Positions 19,166-29,464 are shown, counted from the first letter of the stretch. The stretch: 64,000 bases of DNA from Bacillota bacterium (GCA_050952625.1 JBMNLH010000003.1:1-64000); one strand, 5' to 3'. The notes: generated by a model not told the origin, from the letters alone. A program made the numbers and translations.

Positions 19166-22100
19166 CTATATGGCACTGTCTAGCTTAATCGGCCTCCCCC
19201 ACTCTCGGTAGTCCTCCTGGTGAGAGAGGACCAAAATCTGTCGCTCCTCGGCCAGTCTGGTCAGAGTCCCACGCAGCTCAGCCAGTCGCTCGCGGTCAAA
19301 ATTCAAGAAGGGGTCGTCAAAAACCAGGGGCAATTGATAATCCCCGGCCAATAAATCAGCAATCGCCAAACGCAGCGCGATTTGCAGCTGGTCCTGGGCT
19401 CCTTGGCTGAGCTGAGCGACCTCCACTCGCTGCTCGTCCGATTCAAGGACGCAGACCTTGAACTCTTCGTCCAAGATTACCTGCCGACCGACATTTTGCG
19501 TCATCGTTTGAAAATAATTGCTTGCAGCCGCTGCCAAGCGTTCCCGATGGGTACTATTAAAATGATCACGCGCCGTGGCTAATTCTTGGTGGGCCATAGC
19601 CAAAGCCTCGGCTTCCAGCTGCAACCGAGCACACTCTTGATCGAGCTCGGCGATCCGTTCCCGGGCCGCAGCGATGTTAATCATCTTCCGACCATAGAGA
19701 CCGTTAAGTTCTTTGGTTAATTCAAAGATCTTAATGTCCAGCTCCTGCTGCTGTTTTTGCATTTTCCCCAGACTCTGCCCTAGTTGAGCATATTCTGTTT
19801 CTAGCGTTTCCCATTGATCGACTATGGCCAAACTGGGGAGTCCTGGTCTAGCGTCAACCAGACCTTGCCATTCTTGCCGCACTTGGGCCGCGGTATTGCC
19901 GGCATCAAGCACCTTCAGGGCCAGGTTGGCTAAATCGGGGACACCCCAGCCGCGTAAGAGCCCGTCCAAACTGGCGGCCAGTTCTTTACGCCGGTTTATC
20001 CGCTGTTGCCACTGCTGCCAGCGAGCTTTCGCCTGACCGGCATCACCCCCGGCAGCAGTCAAAATCACCGCTAATTGCCGGGCTAAGGCATCCCGCTTGG
20101 CTTGCTGTTCCTTAAGCTCACGGGTTTGTTCCTCCCAGCTGTTTCGTTTACTAGCGACAGCGGCTTTTTTTAGCCTTAATTCTCTTTCCGCCTCCTGGCA
20201 CCTATTGGCTAATTGCTCCACTTCTGCTGGGGGAGTAGCCTCGGTGAGCGGGTAGATGGCGGCCCGCAGTTTAGCCAGAGCAGCTTCCAAAACCTGCTGT
20301 GGCCGCCGACCATCTGAGGCCGGTTTCTCTAAACTCTCCCGTTTGATCGCGCACGTCCGCAGGACTTCCTGGGCTTTCTGGCTGCACTCGACTTCCTCCG
20401 CCCATCGCTGCCAGTCATCGTCGGTCAGCGTGGCTAGCCAGGCCGCGGCTGCCCCAACGTTCTCGAGGTGCTGTTCCTGGACCGTCGCTAGGAGCTTAAC
20501 TTCCGGCCATCCTTCTGTTGCCAGGGACAATGCATCAATCTGCTCCGACTTGGCTCCGAAATACTTCTGGGCCAACGTATCCAGTTGTTCTGCCAAGTCT
20601 GCTGCCTGCTCCTTCAGCCTGTACCAGCGGTGATAAAAGGCCGCTGGCTCCTCTCCCAGCCGTAAGATGGGCTGTAACCGTTGCCGAAAATCTGCCAGCT
20701 GGCTCTCAGCCGCTGCTACCCTGGCCCGATACTGGTTGAGTTGGGCGGCTGAAGGCATCTTTTCCGCTCGCTTCGACAACTCCCGTTGCCGTTCAGCCCG
20801 GCTTTTCAGCCGTTCCCGGGTAGCTGCCAATTCCGATAGGGAGCGACCGGCCAGTTGCCCCAACCGAGTGTTAATCTCAGCCAGTTCAGCCATGACCCGG
20901 TCGAGTTGTGGCTGGTACTGAGAGGGGACTTTTCTTCGCCCAATCATCCAGCCGTAGATTCCCAAAAACAGTCCCGCTCCCAGCAAAACCAGAGACAGGA
21001 TCAAATACAGGTCCATTCCCCACCCAACTGCGCCCGCTACGGTCAGGCCCAGGCCGGCAATCATTAAGCCTTGGCCCGGCCGGCTAACCGGTTCGCTGTG
21101 GATCTTTTCGGTCAGGGCTTGTTTTTCGGTTTCCCGGGCGAGATACTCATCAATCAGTTCAATCGCTGATTCAGGTAGATCAGCCAGATCTGCGTACTGG
21201 CGCGCCAGATTTTCTTGCTCAGCCTGCAGTTCAGCCACTTGATCGGCTGCCTGGCGTTCAATCGAGCAGGCCTCAGTCAGTTGCTGTTCCAATTTGGCTT
21301 TTAAGCCAGGGTAATCCCGACAGACTGCTCGAAAGTCTGCGTCAGCCTCTTCCAGCACTCGATAATTAGACTTCAATTCCTCTTGCCGACTGGCCAGTTG
21401 CTCTTGCAGTTTTTTCAGGTCAGTGTACCGCTGGCGGGCAGCCTGCGCTGCCTGCCGGTAATAGGCTAAAGGTTTGTCCCCTAGTAACGCCCAGTTCGGC
21501 AGGCCGGCGAGAGTCTGGCGGGCTTCCGCTTCCTGCTGTTCGAGGGCAGCCAGGCTGTGTTCTAGTTCCGTCAACTGCTGCTGGATCCGGCACAGTTCCT
21601 GGTGATCTTTGACCAGATGCGGCCGGCCGGCTCCGGCCGCCAGTTCCCCGGTCAGCCGCTGCTCCAATTCGCTAATCTCTTGTTCTAAATGTTTGATTTC
21701 CGTTTCATTTTTCTGGAGTTCATTTTGCCGCCGGGTAAGATCGTCTTCGACCCGGATCAATTCTTCCAGCTCAGCTTCCACTTCCGGTCCGGCCTCAGAA
21801 AACTCAGGGTACACCCGGTCAATCTCCTCGGTTATTTGTTCCCGCTGGGCATTTAGCTCGTTCGCCTTTTGCTGGGCTTGGCTGAGTTTCAATTGCTCCT
21901 GCACTGCCGCGGCATAGCGGTCACGCAGGTGCCGCCAGCGGCTCCAGGCTTCAAACAGACTTTGTTTCTGGGTTAAGGCAGCGGTTATCCGCCTTTTCTC
22001 TTCCTCTTGAGCTGCTAGCTCATCCTGCAGCACCTGCTGCTGATGAACACTCGCTTCACTGTCCTTAATCGCTTGCGCCAAAGCTTCCCTTTCCCTAAGC

Positions 22101-22744
22101 CGGTTCTCCAGTTCGCGATCTTTATTCTTATCTCGTCCGGTTACACCCAATTGGCCGGTGTAACGGGTTATTTCTTCCAGCATTTTTTCGATTTTCTTTA
22201 AAGCTTGGGCTGCGCTCGTACCGGAGCCAGAGAGCAGCTGTTGCACCTGCTGATTTAACTGGGCCGGCTCCGGTAAAGGCTGGCCGATGCAAAAAGTTGA
22301 CCAGAATAAGTCTGGCGAAGCCAAGCCGATCAAATCCGCCAGGGTTTCCTCATAGGTGGCGTTGCGCCGTCGAGCCCGAGTGCGGTGCTCCCCGCCAGTT
22401 AGCAGCCGCCAGTCATTGCCCGCCTGCTGGTCCAGGGAAACCCGGTCCGTGTTGAAGTCACGGCTCACCCGGTAACGTTTTCCGTTAACGGAAAACTCGA
22501 CCTCCCCCCGGAACGTCTCTGATTCCTCCCAGTTTCGGTAACGGGCTTTGCCAAATTTCGCTGGATCACTGCTATTGGGCAACCCAAAAAGAACCGCCGC
22601 CAAACCCGCCACCAGCGTGGACTTGCCCTGTTCATTAGCCGCGACTGTATGGTTTAGGCCATTCTGCAAAACAACTTCCACCCGCTGCCGGTAACAGCCA
22701 AACCCCTGTAAAACCAGCCGTTCCCAGCAAACTTGCCGACTCAC
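19166..22744 (-). CDS. YhaN-like SMC/Rad50-type ATPase (coiled coil with internal TM hairpin)
   Basis: NEQGKSTL Walker A, long coiled coil, LSQGAQDQL signature, LPLVFDDPFLNFD Walker B. Confidence 0.88.
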   Translation of the reverse strand: MSRQVCWERLVLQGFGCYRQRVEVVLQNGLNHTVAANEQGKSTLVAGLAAVLFGLPNSSDPAKFGKARYRNWEESETFRGEVEFSVNGKRYRVSRDFNTDRVSLDQQAGNDWRLLTGGEHRTRARRRNATYEETLADLIGLASPDLFWSTFCIGQPLPEPAQLNQQVQQLLSGSGTSAAQALKKIEKMLEEITRYTGQLGVTGRDKNKDRELENRLREREALAQAIKDSEASVHQQQVLQDELAAQEEEKRRITAALTQKQSLFEAWSRWRHLRDRYAAAVQEQLKLSQAQQKANELNAQREQITEEIDRVYPEFSEAGPEVEAELEELIRVEDDLTRRQNELQKNETEIKHLEQEISELEQRLTGELAAGAGRPHLVKDHQELCRIQQQLTELEHSLAALEQQEAEARQTLAGLPNWALLGDKPLAYYRQAAQAARQRYTDLKKLQEQLASRQEELKSNYRVLEEADADFRAVCRDYPGLKAKLEQQLTEACSIERQAADQVAELQAEQENLARQYADLADLPESAIELIDEYLARETEKQALTEKIHSEPVSRPGQGLMIAGLGLTVAGAVGWGMDLYLILSLVLLGAGLFLGIYGWMIGRRKVPSQYQPQLDRVMAELAEINTRLGQLAGRSLSELAATRERLKSRAERQRELSKRAEKMPSAAQLNQYRARVAAAESQLADFRQRLQPILRLGEEPAAFYHRWYRLKEQAADLAEQLDTLAQKYFGAKSEQIDALSLATEGWPEVKLLATVQEQHLENVGAAAAWLATLTDDDWQRWAEEVECSQKAQEVLRTCAIKRESLEKPASDGRRPQQVLEAALAKLRAAIYPLTEATPPAEVEQLANRCQEAERELRLKKAAVASKRNSWEEQTRELKEQQAKRDALARQLAVILTAAGGDAGQAKARWQQWQQRINRRKELAASLDGLLRGWGVPDLANLALKVLDAGNTAAQVRQEWQGLVDARPGLPSLAIVDQWETLETEYAQLGQSLGKMQKQQQELDIKIFELTKELNGLYGRKMINIAAARERIAELDQECARLQLEAEALAMAHQELATARDHFNSTHRERLAAAASNYFQTMTQNVGRQVILDEEFKVCVLESDEQRVEVAQLSQGAQDQLQIALRLAIADLLAGDYQLPLVFDDPFLNFDRERLAELRGTLTRLAEERQILVLSHQEDYREWGRPIKLDSAI

Positions 22745-23874
22745 TCTCCCCCACCTCCCAGGGCCTTCAGGCCATGAATCAAAGCCCGACTCACCAGACG
22801 CTGCTCCCGCTCATTCTTGGCTGCGGCCAGACGTTCCCGCAGCTGGCGGATATAATAACCCCGCAGGGTGGTTTCCCGCGCCCAGGCATCCAGCAAGGCC
22901 GGGGGATAAGTCTCGGTTAAATCCTCTACCTCCAGGTAAAAACAGGACCGGCTCAGGGCTTCTTTAATCTGCTCGGCCTGGACCTGAAAGTTGGCGGTGC
23001 CAATCAACTGAAGGGAGACGAACGCCTCCGGCTGAATTCGCGCCCGCAGCGCGTCAAGCAGCTCTTTCAGGGATAAGTACCGGCCGATATCAATCTCCAG
23101 ACGCTGAAATTCCCGCCTGGCCGGGTGGGAGAAAGCGACCTTTTCTACCTGCACCCCATCTCGGTCCAGGGTCACCACCGTTAGCTGACCACAGCCCGGA
23201 TCATGCCACCCTTTGCCAATCAAATTGCCGGGATAAACCGCAATCCCCCGGGCTAACGAATGCTGGGCCGGTCGGTGGATATGCCCTAAGGCCACATAAT
23301 CATAGCCGGCTTGGCCTAGGGCCTCCCCGGACAAAGGCAGGCTGCGGTCCCCGGCATCCCAGTCAAGCGAGCCATGAAAAGCGGCAATATGCCACCCTTC
23401 GGCCTCTTGTCGCGGAAACTGCTGGATCGCCGGACTAGTCTGCGTCAAACCGCCGATATAAGCCAGGGAGTAGATATGACAAGGTGTACCGTTAATTTCC
23501 CGGCTAGCCACGTGGGACGGTTGGGGCTCCCGCACCAGAATGCCGGGCCACTCTCTGAACCGCTGCCGGTAAACCGAATCCGGATAGGTAAATTCATCGT
23601 GATTGCCGGGAACAGTTACGACTGTGATCCCCCGATCAACCAGTCGTTGAAGCTGGCTCATGACAGCGGTAACCAGGGCCTGGTCCGGGGTATGGTTATC
23701 GAACAGGTCCCCCACAATCAGCACCAAATTAATCCTATTATCCGGGTCGACCGCATAATCAACGCAACCAGTGAAAATCTGATCCCGCTCCGACTGCCAT
23801 TTCGCTGCCTGTGTCCCCAAAAAGTTGGGTTTCCAGCCCAGGTGCAAGTCTGCGAGATGGAGGATTTTCAGCAT
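22741..23874 (-). CDS. YhaO-like Mre11/SbcD-family metallophosphoesterase nuclease
   Basis: ADLHLG, GDLFD, GNHD, FHG, ALGHIH, YPG motifs. Confidence 0.92.
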   Translation of the reverse strand: MLKILHLADLHLGWKPNFLGTQAAKWQSERDQIFTGCVDYAVDPDNRINLVLIVGDLFDNHTPDQALVTAVMSQLQRLVDRGITVVTVPGNHDEFTYPDSVYRQRFREWPGILVREPQPSHVASREINGTPCHIYSLAYIGGLTQTSPAIQQFPRQEAEGWHIAAFHGSLDWDAGDRSLPLSGEALGQAGYDYVALGHIHRPAQHSLARGIAVYPGNLIGKGWHDPGCGQLTVVTLDRDGVQVEKVAFSHPARREFQRLEIDIGRYLSLKELLDALRARIQPEAFVSLQLIGTANFQVQAEQIKEALSRSCFYLEVEDLTETYPPALLDAWARETTLRGYYIRQLRERLAAAKNEREQRLVSRALIHGLKALGGGGE

Positions 23875-24144
23875 AAGCCACCGTTCCTTCCGAATATTGC
23901 CAGTCACTCTTTTGTTGCTTTTTTTGTAGTACTCATTATCTAAATCTAACATTGAGAGTAGATCTCATGCCGCCAAGCAGTACCAGGGCATAGATTCACT
24001 TAGTTTCATACGTATATTATTCTATAAAAGTATATATTCTTCCATAAATTTGAAAGTAAATAACACGTATATTGTTGTTTATGTTATTTTCGTTGGTGGT
24101 TGTGCCTAACAGGCATGGGCGGTTAATTAGCAATGAACGCCCCC

Positions 24145-25095
24145 TCAGCGTGGTGCTTTATACAAGCTTCGGTTATCCAGCACCCAAATTCGGGGCGTGA
24201 ATTCACCCTCAGCCACGTTTTCCAGAGCTTTAGCCATATCATACATTCGGGCATCAATCAGATCGAGGTAATGCAACAGTTCCGCTTCCGGGATCTTGGG
24301 CCGGACCGGACTGCCCATCTCTGGTTCAGAATGGTGGGCAAGAAGCATATGTTGCAGCAGTAAGGCAACCTCTTCATCTGCGCCCAGTTCCTGGGCCACC
24401 AGGGCAATTTGCTTAACTCCCAGCACCAGATGGCCTAATAATTGTCCCGGCACTGTGTAATCAGTGACTAGCCCCAGTTCATCAGCCGTCATTTCTTCGA
24501 TTTTGGCGATATCATGCAGAATAATGCCGGCATATAACAGGTCCGGATTAATCAGGGTGTAGATTTCACTAAGTTTTTCACCGGCTTTTAGCATGGTATA
24601 GATATGATAAAGCAGCCCGGAACGGATCGAATGATGATTCTTTTTCGCCGCCGGGTAGCGCAGTAACTTCTCCCGGTTTTTATCCAAAATGCAGCTGACA
24701 ATCCGGTAAATGTCCTGGTTTTTAATTCTCGACACATAGTTTAAGATTTCAGTATACATAAATTCCGCTGAATAGGGAGCGGTGGGGACATAATCTTCAA
24801 TGCTTAGCCGATCCTCCGGCGTAGTCAGCCGAATCTTTTCAATCCTGAGTTGAAGTTGATTCTGCCACTCCGTCACTAACCCTTTAATCTTGACCAGCAC
24901 TCCAGCCGAATAACGAGCGGCCATTTCCTCGGTTGCATCCCACAGTTTCGCCCGAATCGTGCCGGTTTTGTCGCTTAACACCAGGTCTAAAAATTTTTTA
25001 TTGGTATTTGTCGTTTTATACTCAACTGCCTTGATTAAATAAAAGCCAAGGACTCCCTCACCCAGCTTTAACTGGTTGATTGATTGGTATTCCAG
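24145..25095 (-). CDS. yhaM: 3'-5' exoribonuclease YhaM family (OB-fold + HD); probable CTG start
   Basis: LSDKTGTIRAKLW, PAAKKNHH, GLLYH, LHDIAK, GQLLGH, LHYLDLIDA. Confidence 0.93.
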   Translation of the reverse strand: MEYQSINQLKLGEGVLGFYLIKAVEYKTTNTNKKFLDLVLSDKTGTIRAKLWDATEEMAARYSAGVLVKIKGLVTEWQNQLQLRIEKIRLTTPEDRLSIEDYVPTAPYSAEFMYTEILNYVSRIKNQDIYRIVSCILDKNREKLLRYPAAKKNHHSIRSGLLYHIYTMLKAGEKLSEIYTLINPDLLYAGIILHDIAKIEEMTADELGLVTDYTVPGQLLGHLVLGVKQIALVAQELGADEEVALLLQHMLLAHHSEPEMGSPVRPKIPEAELLHYLDLIDARMYDMAKALENVAEGEFTPRIWVLDNRSLYKAPR

Positions 25096-25402
25096 ATAAA
25101 ACCCCTCCCTACTGTACCCATTGAAAATTGGCACTCCGGCTCATGAAAAACCAGTCTTCGAATCTTACCTTAAACCAGATAGCAAATCAAAAAAGCCAAC
25201 GATTATTCTACAAACGATTATTCTAAAAAAAATTATAACATATATATAAGGAAAATATCGCCATAGCCTAATTATCCTCGTGCCGGCCTGTAGATCTACG
25301 CCCGTTAAAACGGATAAACCGCGAACTAACTTTAACTTTCCAGCCAAAAGAAAAAACCATTCAACTCAGCCTCTCGGTCAATTGTGAATGGTCTTATATT
25401 GT

Positions 25403-26095
25403 TCAACACTCAATTTCTTCTCCCTCAATTGATTTGGGACGCATCAGCCAAAGAAGGATTATTCCACCTATAAATCCGCCGATATGGGCCCACCAAGCCA
25501 CTTGAGCAACTCCCTCCACCTGTGGCGACAACCCGGACACCAATTGCAGGCCAAACCAGATGAGGATGAACCATATCGCCGGTATCTGCACAATTCGCAC
25601 GATAATAAACAAGATAATCAAGGTTTTAATCTTCGCCTGAGGAAAAGATAAAAGATAGGCCCCTAGGACCCCAGCTATTGCGCCACTAGCCCCCACAACC
25701 GGAATCGGCAAATAGGGATCGGAGTAAACTTGAGCCGCCCCGCCCAATGCCCCGGCAGCAAGATAAAAGAAAAAATAGCGGGCATGGCCAAGCCGATCCT
25801 CGACGTTATCGCCAAAGATCCAAAGATAGAGCATGTTTCCGATTAAATGCAGCCATCCACTATGCAAGAAAATACTGCTGAAAAAGGTTAATCCAGCTGT
25901 CAGCAACAGTCCCGGCTCTTCTAAGGCTAAACTGATCCTTAATGGGATTAAACCATAAACGTGCGCCAGCTCCATTCTCTCGAAGGAAGATAAATAGATC
26001 GCTTCCCACAAAAAAACCAGCGTGGTGCTTAAGATCAGGGCCATATTCACATAGGGTGTTCTTTTTGGCCGCAGGCAATCTCGCAGGGGAATCAT
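25403..26095 (-). CDS. Rhomboid intramembrane serine protease
   Basis: HLIGNMLYLWIFGDNVE, GASG, WAHIGG. Confidence 0.95.
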   Translation of the reverse strand: MIPLRDCLRPKRTPYVNMALILSTTLVFLWEAIYLSSFERMELAHVYGLIPLRISLALEEPGLLLTAGLTFFSSIFLHSGWLHLIGNMLYLWIFGDNVEDRLGHARYFFFYLAAGALGGAAQVYSDPYLPIPVVGASGAIAGVLGAYLLSFPQAKIKTLIILFIIVRIVQIPAIWFILIWFGLQLVSGLSPQVEGVAQVAWWAHIGGFIGGIILLWLMRPKSIEGEEIEC

Positions 26096-26136
26096 AAAAT
26101 ACCTCGCTTACTTGAAAGTATTTCTCGACTGGCCTC

Positions 26137-26235
26137 AGTTCGATCATTTTAGTTCAATCGTTTTAGTTCAATCGTTTAAGTTTGATCATTTTAGTTTGAT
26201 CCCTTTAGTTCGATCGTTTTAGTTCGGCCAACCCT
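26137..26235. repeat. Degenerate 14-bp tandem repeat AGTTCGATCRTTTT x6-7
   Basis: Direct reading. Confidence 0.9.
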
Positions 26236-26510
26236 AGTCCGGCCAGGATTAAAAACAAAACTGTTCATGGTCTAGTATTAACGGAGGCTTTATAATCAAT
26301 TATAGATGGCTTAACGGTAAATTAACACAAAATTTCCATAGACAAAGAAAGAAGCAAAAAGAAAGCTAAAAGAAAAACGATTAGTGATTGACTCAGTCGC
26401 AATTAGTGGACATAACTCATATGCAGCCTTAGAAGTAATAAAGTTTTGCTTGCTTGACATATTTTGTTATTGATATTAATATGTATATACATACATTTGC
26501 GAGGTGACTT

Positions 26511-26951
26511 ATTATTTCAGGCTATGATCTAATTAAATGCCGGCGTTGCGCTTGCGGTAATCTTAGAAGATCGACGCGGGCCATTACGCGGTTTTACGAC
26601 CACTACCTTCACGACAGCGATTTGCGAATAACGCAGTTTTCAATGCTGCTGAATATCTCTCTGCAGGAAAATATTACGGTTACCGAACTAGCAGACATAT
26701 TAATAATGGACCAAACAACGGTAACCCGTAATTTAGAAATCCTATCTAAGAAAGGTTATATTCAAATAAGGAAAGGGAGGGATGATCACCGAAAAAGAAA
26801 TATTTCCTTAACCGCTAAAGGACAGGATAAACTGCTGGAAACAATCCCATTATGGGAAAAAGCCCAATCGGCAATTGTTAACCAGGTGGGTCTCGATGAA
26901 TTTAATCGCTTTCTGCATACGCTCTCCAAAATAGCTGCCTTAGCCAAGTAG
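26511..26951 (+). CDS. MarR-family regulator with N-terminal CxC (probable ATT start)
   Basis: Frame open upstream of ORF-track start giving CACGNLRRSTRAITRFYD; MDQTTVTRNL and DHRK..ISLTAKG wHTH. Confidence 0.9.
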   Translation: MISGYDLIKCRRCACGNLRRSTRAITRFYDHYLHDSDLRITQFSMLLNISLQENITVTELADILIMDQTTVTRNLEILSKKGYIQIRKGRDDHRKRNISLTAKGQDKLLETIPLWEKAQSAIVNQVGLDEFNRFLHTLSKIAALAK

Positions 26952-27094
26952 TTTTTTGTTGCTTTAAGCATGTATCTACATACTTATTTGTGATCATTTG
27001 TGATTAATTAGGATTATTTATGATTATATGTGATTTATGATTATTTATAGTTACTCATCCTTAATATTCTATATTAATAGGGAGGTTAAATTGG

Positions 27095-27931
27095 ATGAAA
27101 AAAGTGCTGGGATTAGTAATTTCCGAGAGAAAATTAGGGAATAGCGAATTATTAGTCAAGGCTATTATGAGTAATATTCCTGAACCGTGCAGTTTAGAAA
27201 TGATCCGTCTTACGGAATTGACGATTAAACCGTGCCAAGCCTGCTACCGCTGTCTCCAGCCGGAGACCGAGTGCCGGCAGGATGATGATTTTAATTTCCT
27301 GATCAGCAAGATAAAAGAAGCGGATGCCTTGATTATCGGCATGCCGGTTTACATTCTGGGTCCCCCAGCCTATTTCAAACTGTTGATCGACCGCTTACTG
27401 GGATCGGCCAACTACGCCAAATATACCAGTGGCAAGCCCTGTATTATTGTGCTCCCCTATGGCAAGGAAGGGTGGGAAGGTTACAGCCGGATGGCAGCCT
27501 TGACTTTACCCCGACTGCTGGAAATGAAAGTGATTGATTGCTGGCAAGTGCTGGCCCCTCTTCCCGGCGAAGTTTTTCTAAACCACGATAATCTTGAGCA
27601 CGCACGAGAATTAGGATTGAACTTATTTGCCGGGCAAGAGTATCCAAAAAGGCTGCAAGATTGCCCCCACTGCGGTTCTGATCTCTTTCGATTTCTGCCG
27701 AACGGCGAGATTGAATGCGCTATTTGCTCCGCCAAAGGCACTTTAGGACCGGGCAATATACCGGATATGGCGGGTACCGATTATTGCCGTTTTTGGTCAA
27801 AAGAGTTACAAGAACACTTTAAGGACTGGTTGGTTAGGACAAAGAAAAAATTCTTGGCCGAGAAGGACAAGCTTAAAGAGGTTCAAAAATCGTATCAAGA
27901 TAAGGATTATTGGATTAAGCAAGGTAAGTGA
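27095..27931 (+). CDS. Flavodoxin-like iron-sulfur flavoprotein / FMN reductase family with C-terminal Cys motif
   Basis: SERKLGNSE, CQACYRC...C..DD, PVY; C-terminal CPHCGS..CAIC. Confidence 0.85.
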   Translation: MKKVLGLVISERKLGNSELLVKAIMSNIPEPCSLEMIRLTELTIKPCQACYRCLQPETECRQDDDFNFLISKIKEADALIIGMPVYILGPPAYFKLLIDRLLGSANYAKYTSGKPCIIVLPYGKEGWEGYSRMAALTLPRLLEMKVIDCWQVLAPLPGEVFLNHDNLEHARELGLNLFAGQEYPKRLQDCPHCGSDLFRFLPNGEIECAICSAKGTLGPGNIPDMAGTDYCRFWSKELQEHFKDWLVRTKKKFLAEKDKLKEVQKSYQDKDYWIKQGK

Positions 27932-28331
27932 ACCATCTATTGAACCACCGTCGGCTTAACATTGCGGAAACTGCGAGTCTTAAGAATTGGGCCGCCATCA
28001 ACATCAACCCCATAACAACAATTCTCAGAGTACAACCAAGAGGAGTATTTTCGACCTGCCATGAATTGAATTAGTGGTTTCACAGGTTTTCTCCCTGGCT
28101 GGCAGTCGGACATGTCCAACTGTAACGGACTTATTTCCACCGACACCTGCTCATTCAGCTTGAACTGTCTACTCCAGCGTCTTTCGCCGTCAACACTTAA
28201 TGAAGCGATGGACCGCATATCAAAATTACTTGACTTTTAACTGTAAAAAATGTTTTGCAACGGACCCTTAGATGGAAGTCAGATGCGACAAAACAAAAAC
28301 CGCGCAATCCGCGCGGTTCCTGGAAAAATAA

Positions 28332-28407
28332 TGGTGAGCCATGGTGGACTCGAACCACCGACACCCTGATTAAAAGTCAGGTGCTCTACCGACTGAGCTA
28401 ATGGCCC
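28332..28407 (-). tRNA. tRNA-Lys(TTT)
   Basis: Cloverleaf; anticodon arm CCTGA-CTTTTAA-TCAGG; CCA end. Confidence 0.97.
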
Positions 28408-28451
28408 ACTAAAAATATCTAATTTGAAATATCTAATTTGCTTTGAAAAAA

Positions 28452-28527
28452 TGGCTGGGGCGGCTGGACTCGAACCAACGCATGCGGGAGTCAAAGTCCC
28501 GTGCCTTACCGACTTGGCTACGCCCCA
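28452..28527 (-). tRNA. tRNA-Gln(TTG)
   Basis: Anticodon arm CGGGA-CTTTGAC-TCCCG; CCA end. Confidence 0.97.
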
Positions 28528-28638
28528 GCGGTAGTTTTGTTGCGCTATTATTTTTGCGCCCAGTGAAAAAGTATAGAGGAATTTTCCGTCTGTGTCAAGG
28601 GCCTGATCTAAAAAAAATCGGCTCTTTTTTGTTCAAAA

Positions 28639-28715
28639 TGGCGCGCCCGGCAGGGCTCGAACCTGCGACCTGCGGATTCGAAGTCCGTCACTCTATCCAA
28701 CTGAGCTACGGGCGC
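28639..28715 (-). tRNA. tRNA-Arg(TCG)
   Basis: Anticodon loop CTTCGAA; CCA end. Confidence 0.95.
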
Positions 28716-28721
28716 ATTAAT

Positions 28722-28799
28722 TGGGGTGGATGATGGGACTTGAACCCACGACCCCCAGAGCCACAATCTGGTGCTCTAGCCGACTGAGCTACACCCACC
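28722..28799 (-). tRNA. tRNA-His(GTG)
   Basis: CCAGA-TTGTGGC-TCTGG; G-1 present; CCA end. Confidence 0.96.
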
Positions 28800-29023
28800 A
28801 CATAATGAATTTTTTTCGCGGGTTATACCCGCGAGAGTTATCGTAACAAATTTGACTGTTCGTGTCAAGATGGAGTTAACGGCAAATACCCAACAAACTG
28901 AGTACTCGCCGCCTAAAAATTTTCTAATTTGACTTTATCACGCGGTCAATAAAGCAAGATTTAAACCGGGGCTTGTCAATCACCCTCTTTAACCTTAAAA
29001 TATTGCGTTGAGGAGATGATTCA

Positions 29024-29464
29024 ATGAATAATAGTCGGGGGATGCGTCGAGCCCAACATAGAGATGAAAATCGCAAAAAACGCAAAGAGTTAAAGAAACG
29101 TTCCGCCCCCGTTTTAATGCAAGCAAAAGAAACGTCAGAGAAACCTAAGGTCCAGCCTCAAATGAGTCCCCGCACTCTGAGTCTAAGTTATTTTTTATGT
29201 ATGACGGCTAATTTAATCACTATTTTATCATCAGTCGTCTTTCCGGTTATGCAGAATCAAAGTTTAAGTATTCAGTCTCTGTTTCATGGCAGCGATAGCT
29301 TGCCTAGCCTGCTTTTTCAATTAGCAGCCTTGGTCATAGTAAACCTGATGCTTTACCGACTCTTATTGAAATTCAACAGAAACGCCCAGGCCAAAACATT
29401 GGGGATATTTGGTGTTTTTGCGGCGGCTATCCTGATAATTCAGGCCGCTGTAACCCTTTTTTAA
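29024..29464 (+). CDS. Hypothetical membrane protein (basic N-terminus, 3 TM)
   Basis: SD GAGGAG; hydrophobic segments. Confidence 0.7.
   Translation: MNNSRGMRRAQHRDENRKKRKELKKRSAPVLMQAKETSEKPKVQPQMSPRTLSLSYFLCMTANLITILSSVVFPVMQNQSLSIQSLFHGSDSLPSLLFQLAALVIVNLMLYRLLLKFNRNAQAKTLGIFGVFAAAILIIQAAVTLF

Noticed and set aside
19382-23943. Long antisense ORFs opposite yhaN/yhaO, and similar ones elsewhere
   Set aside because: Shadow frames of GC-rich genuine genes
27937-28218. 93-aa minus-strand ORF downstream of the tRNA cluster
   Set aside because: No SD or recognisable motif; may be a decayed fragment but cannot be supported
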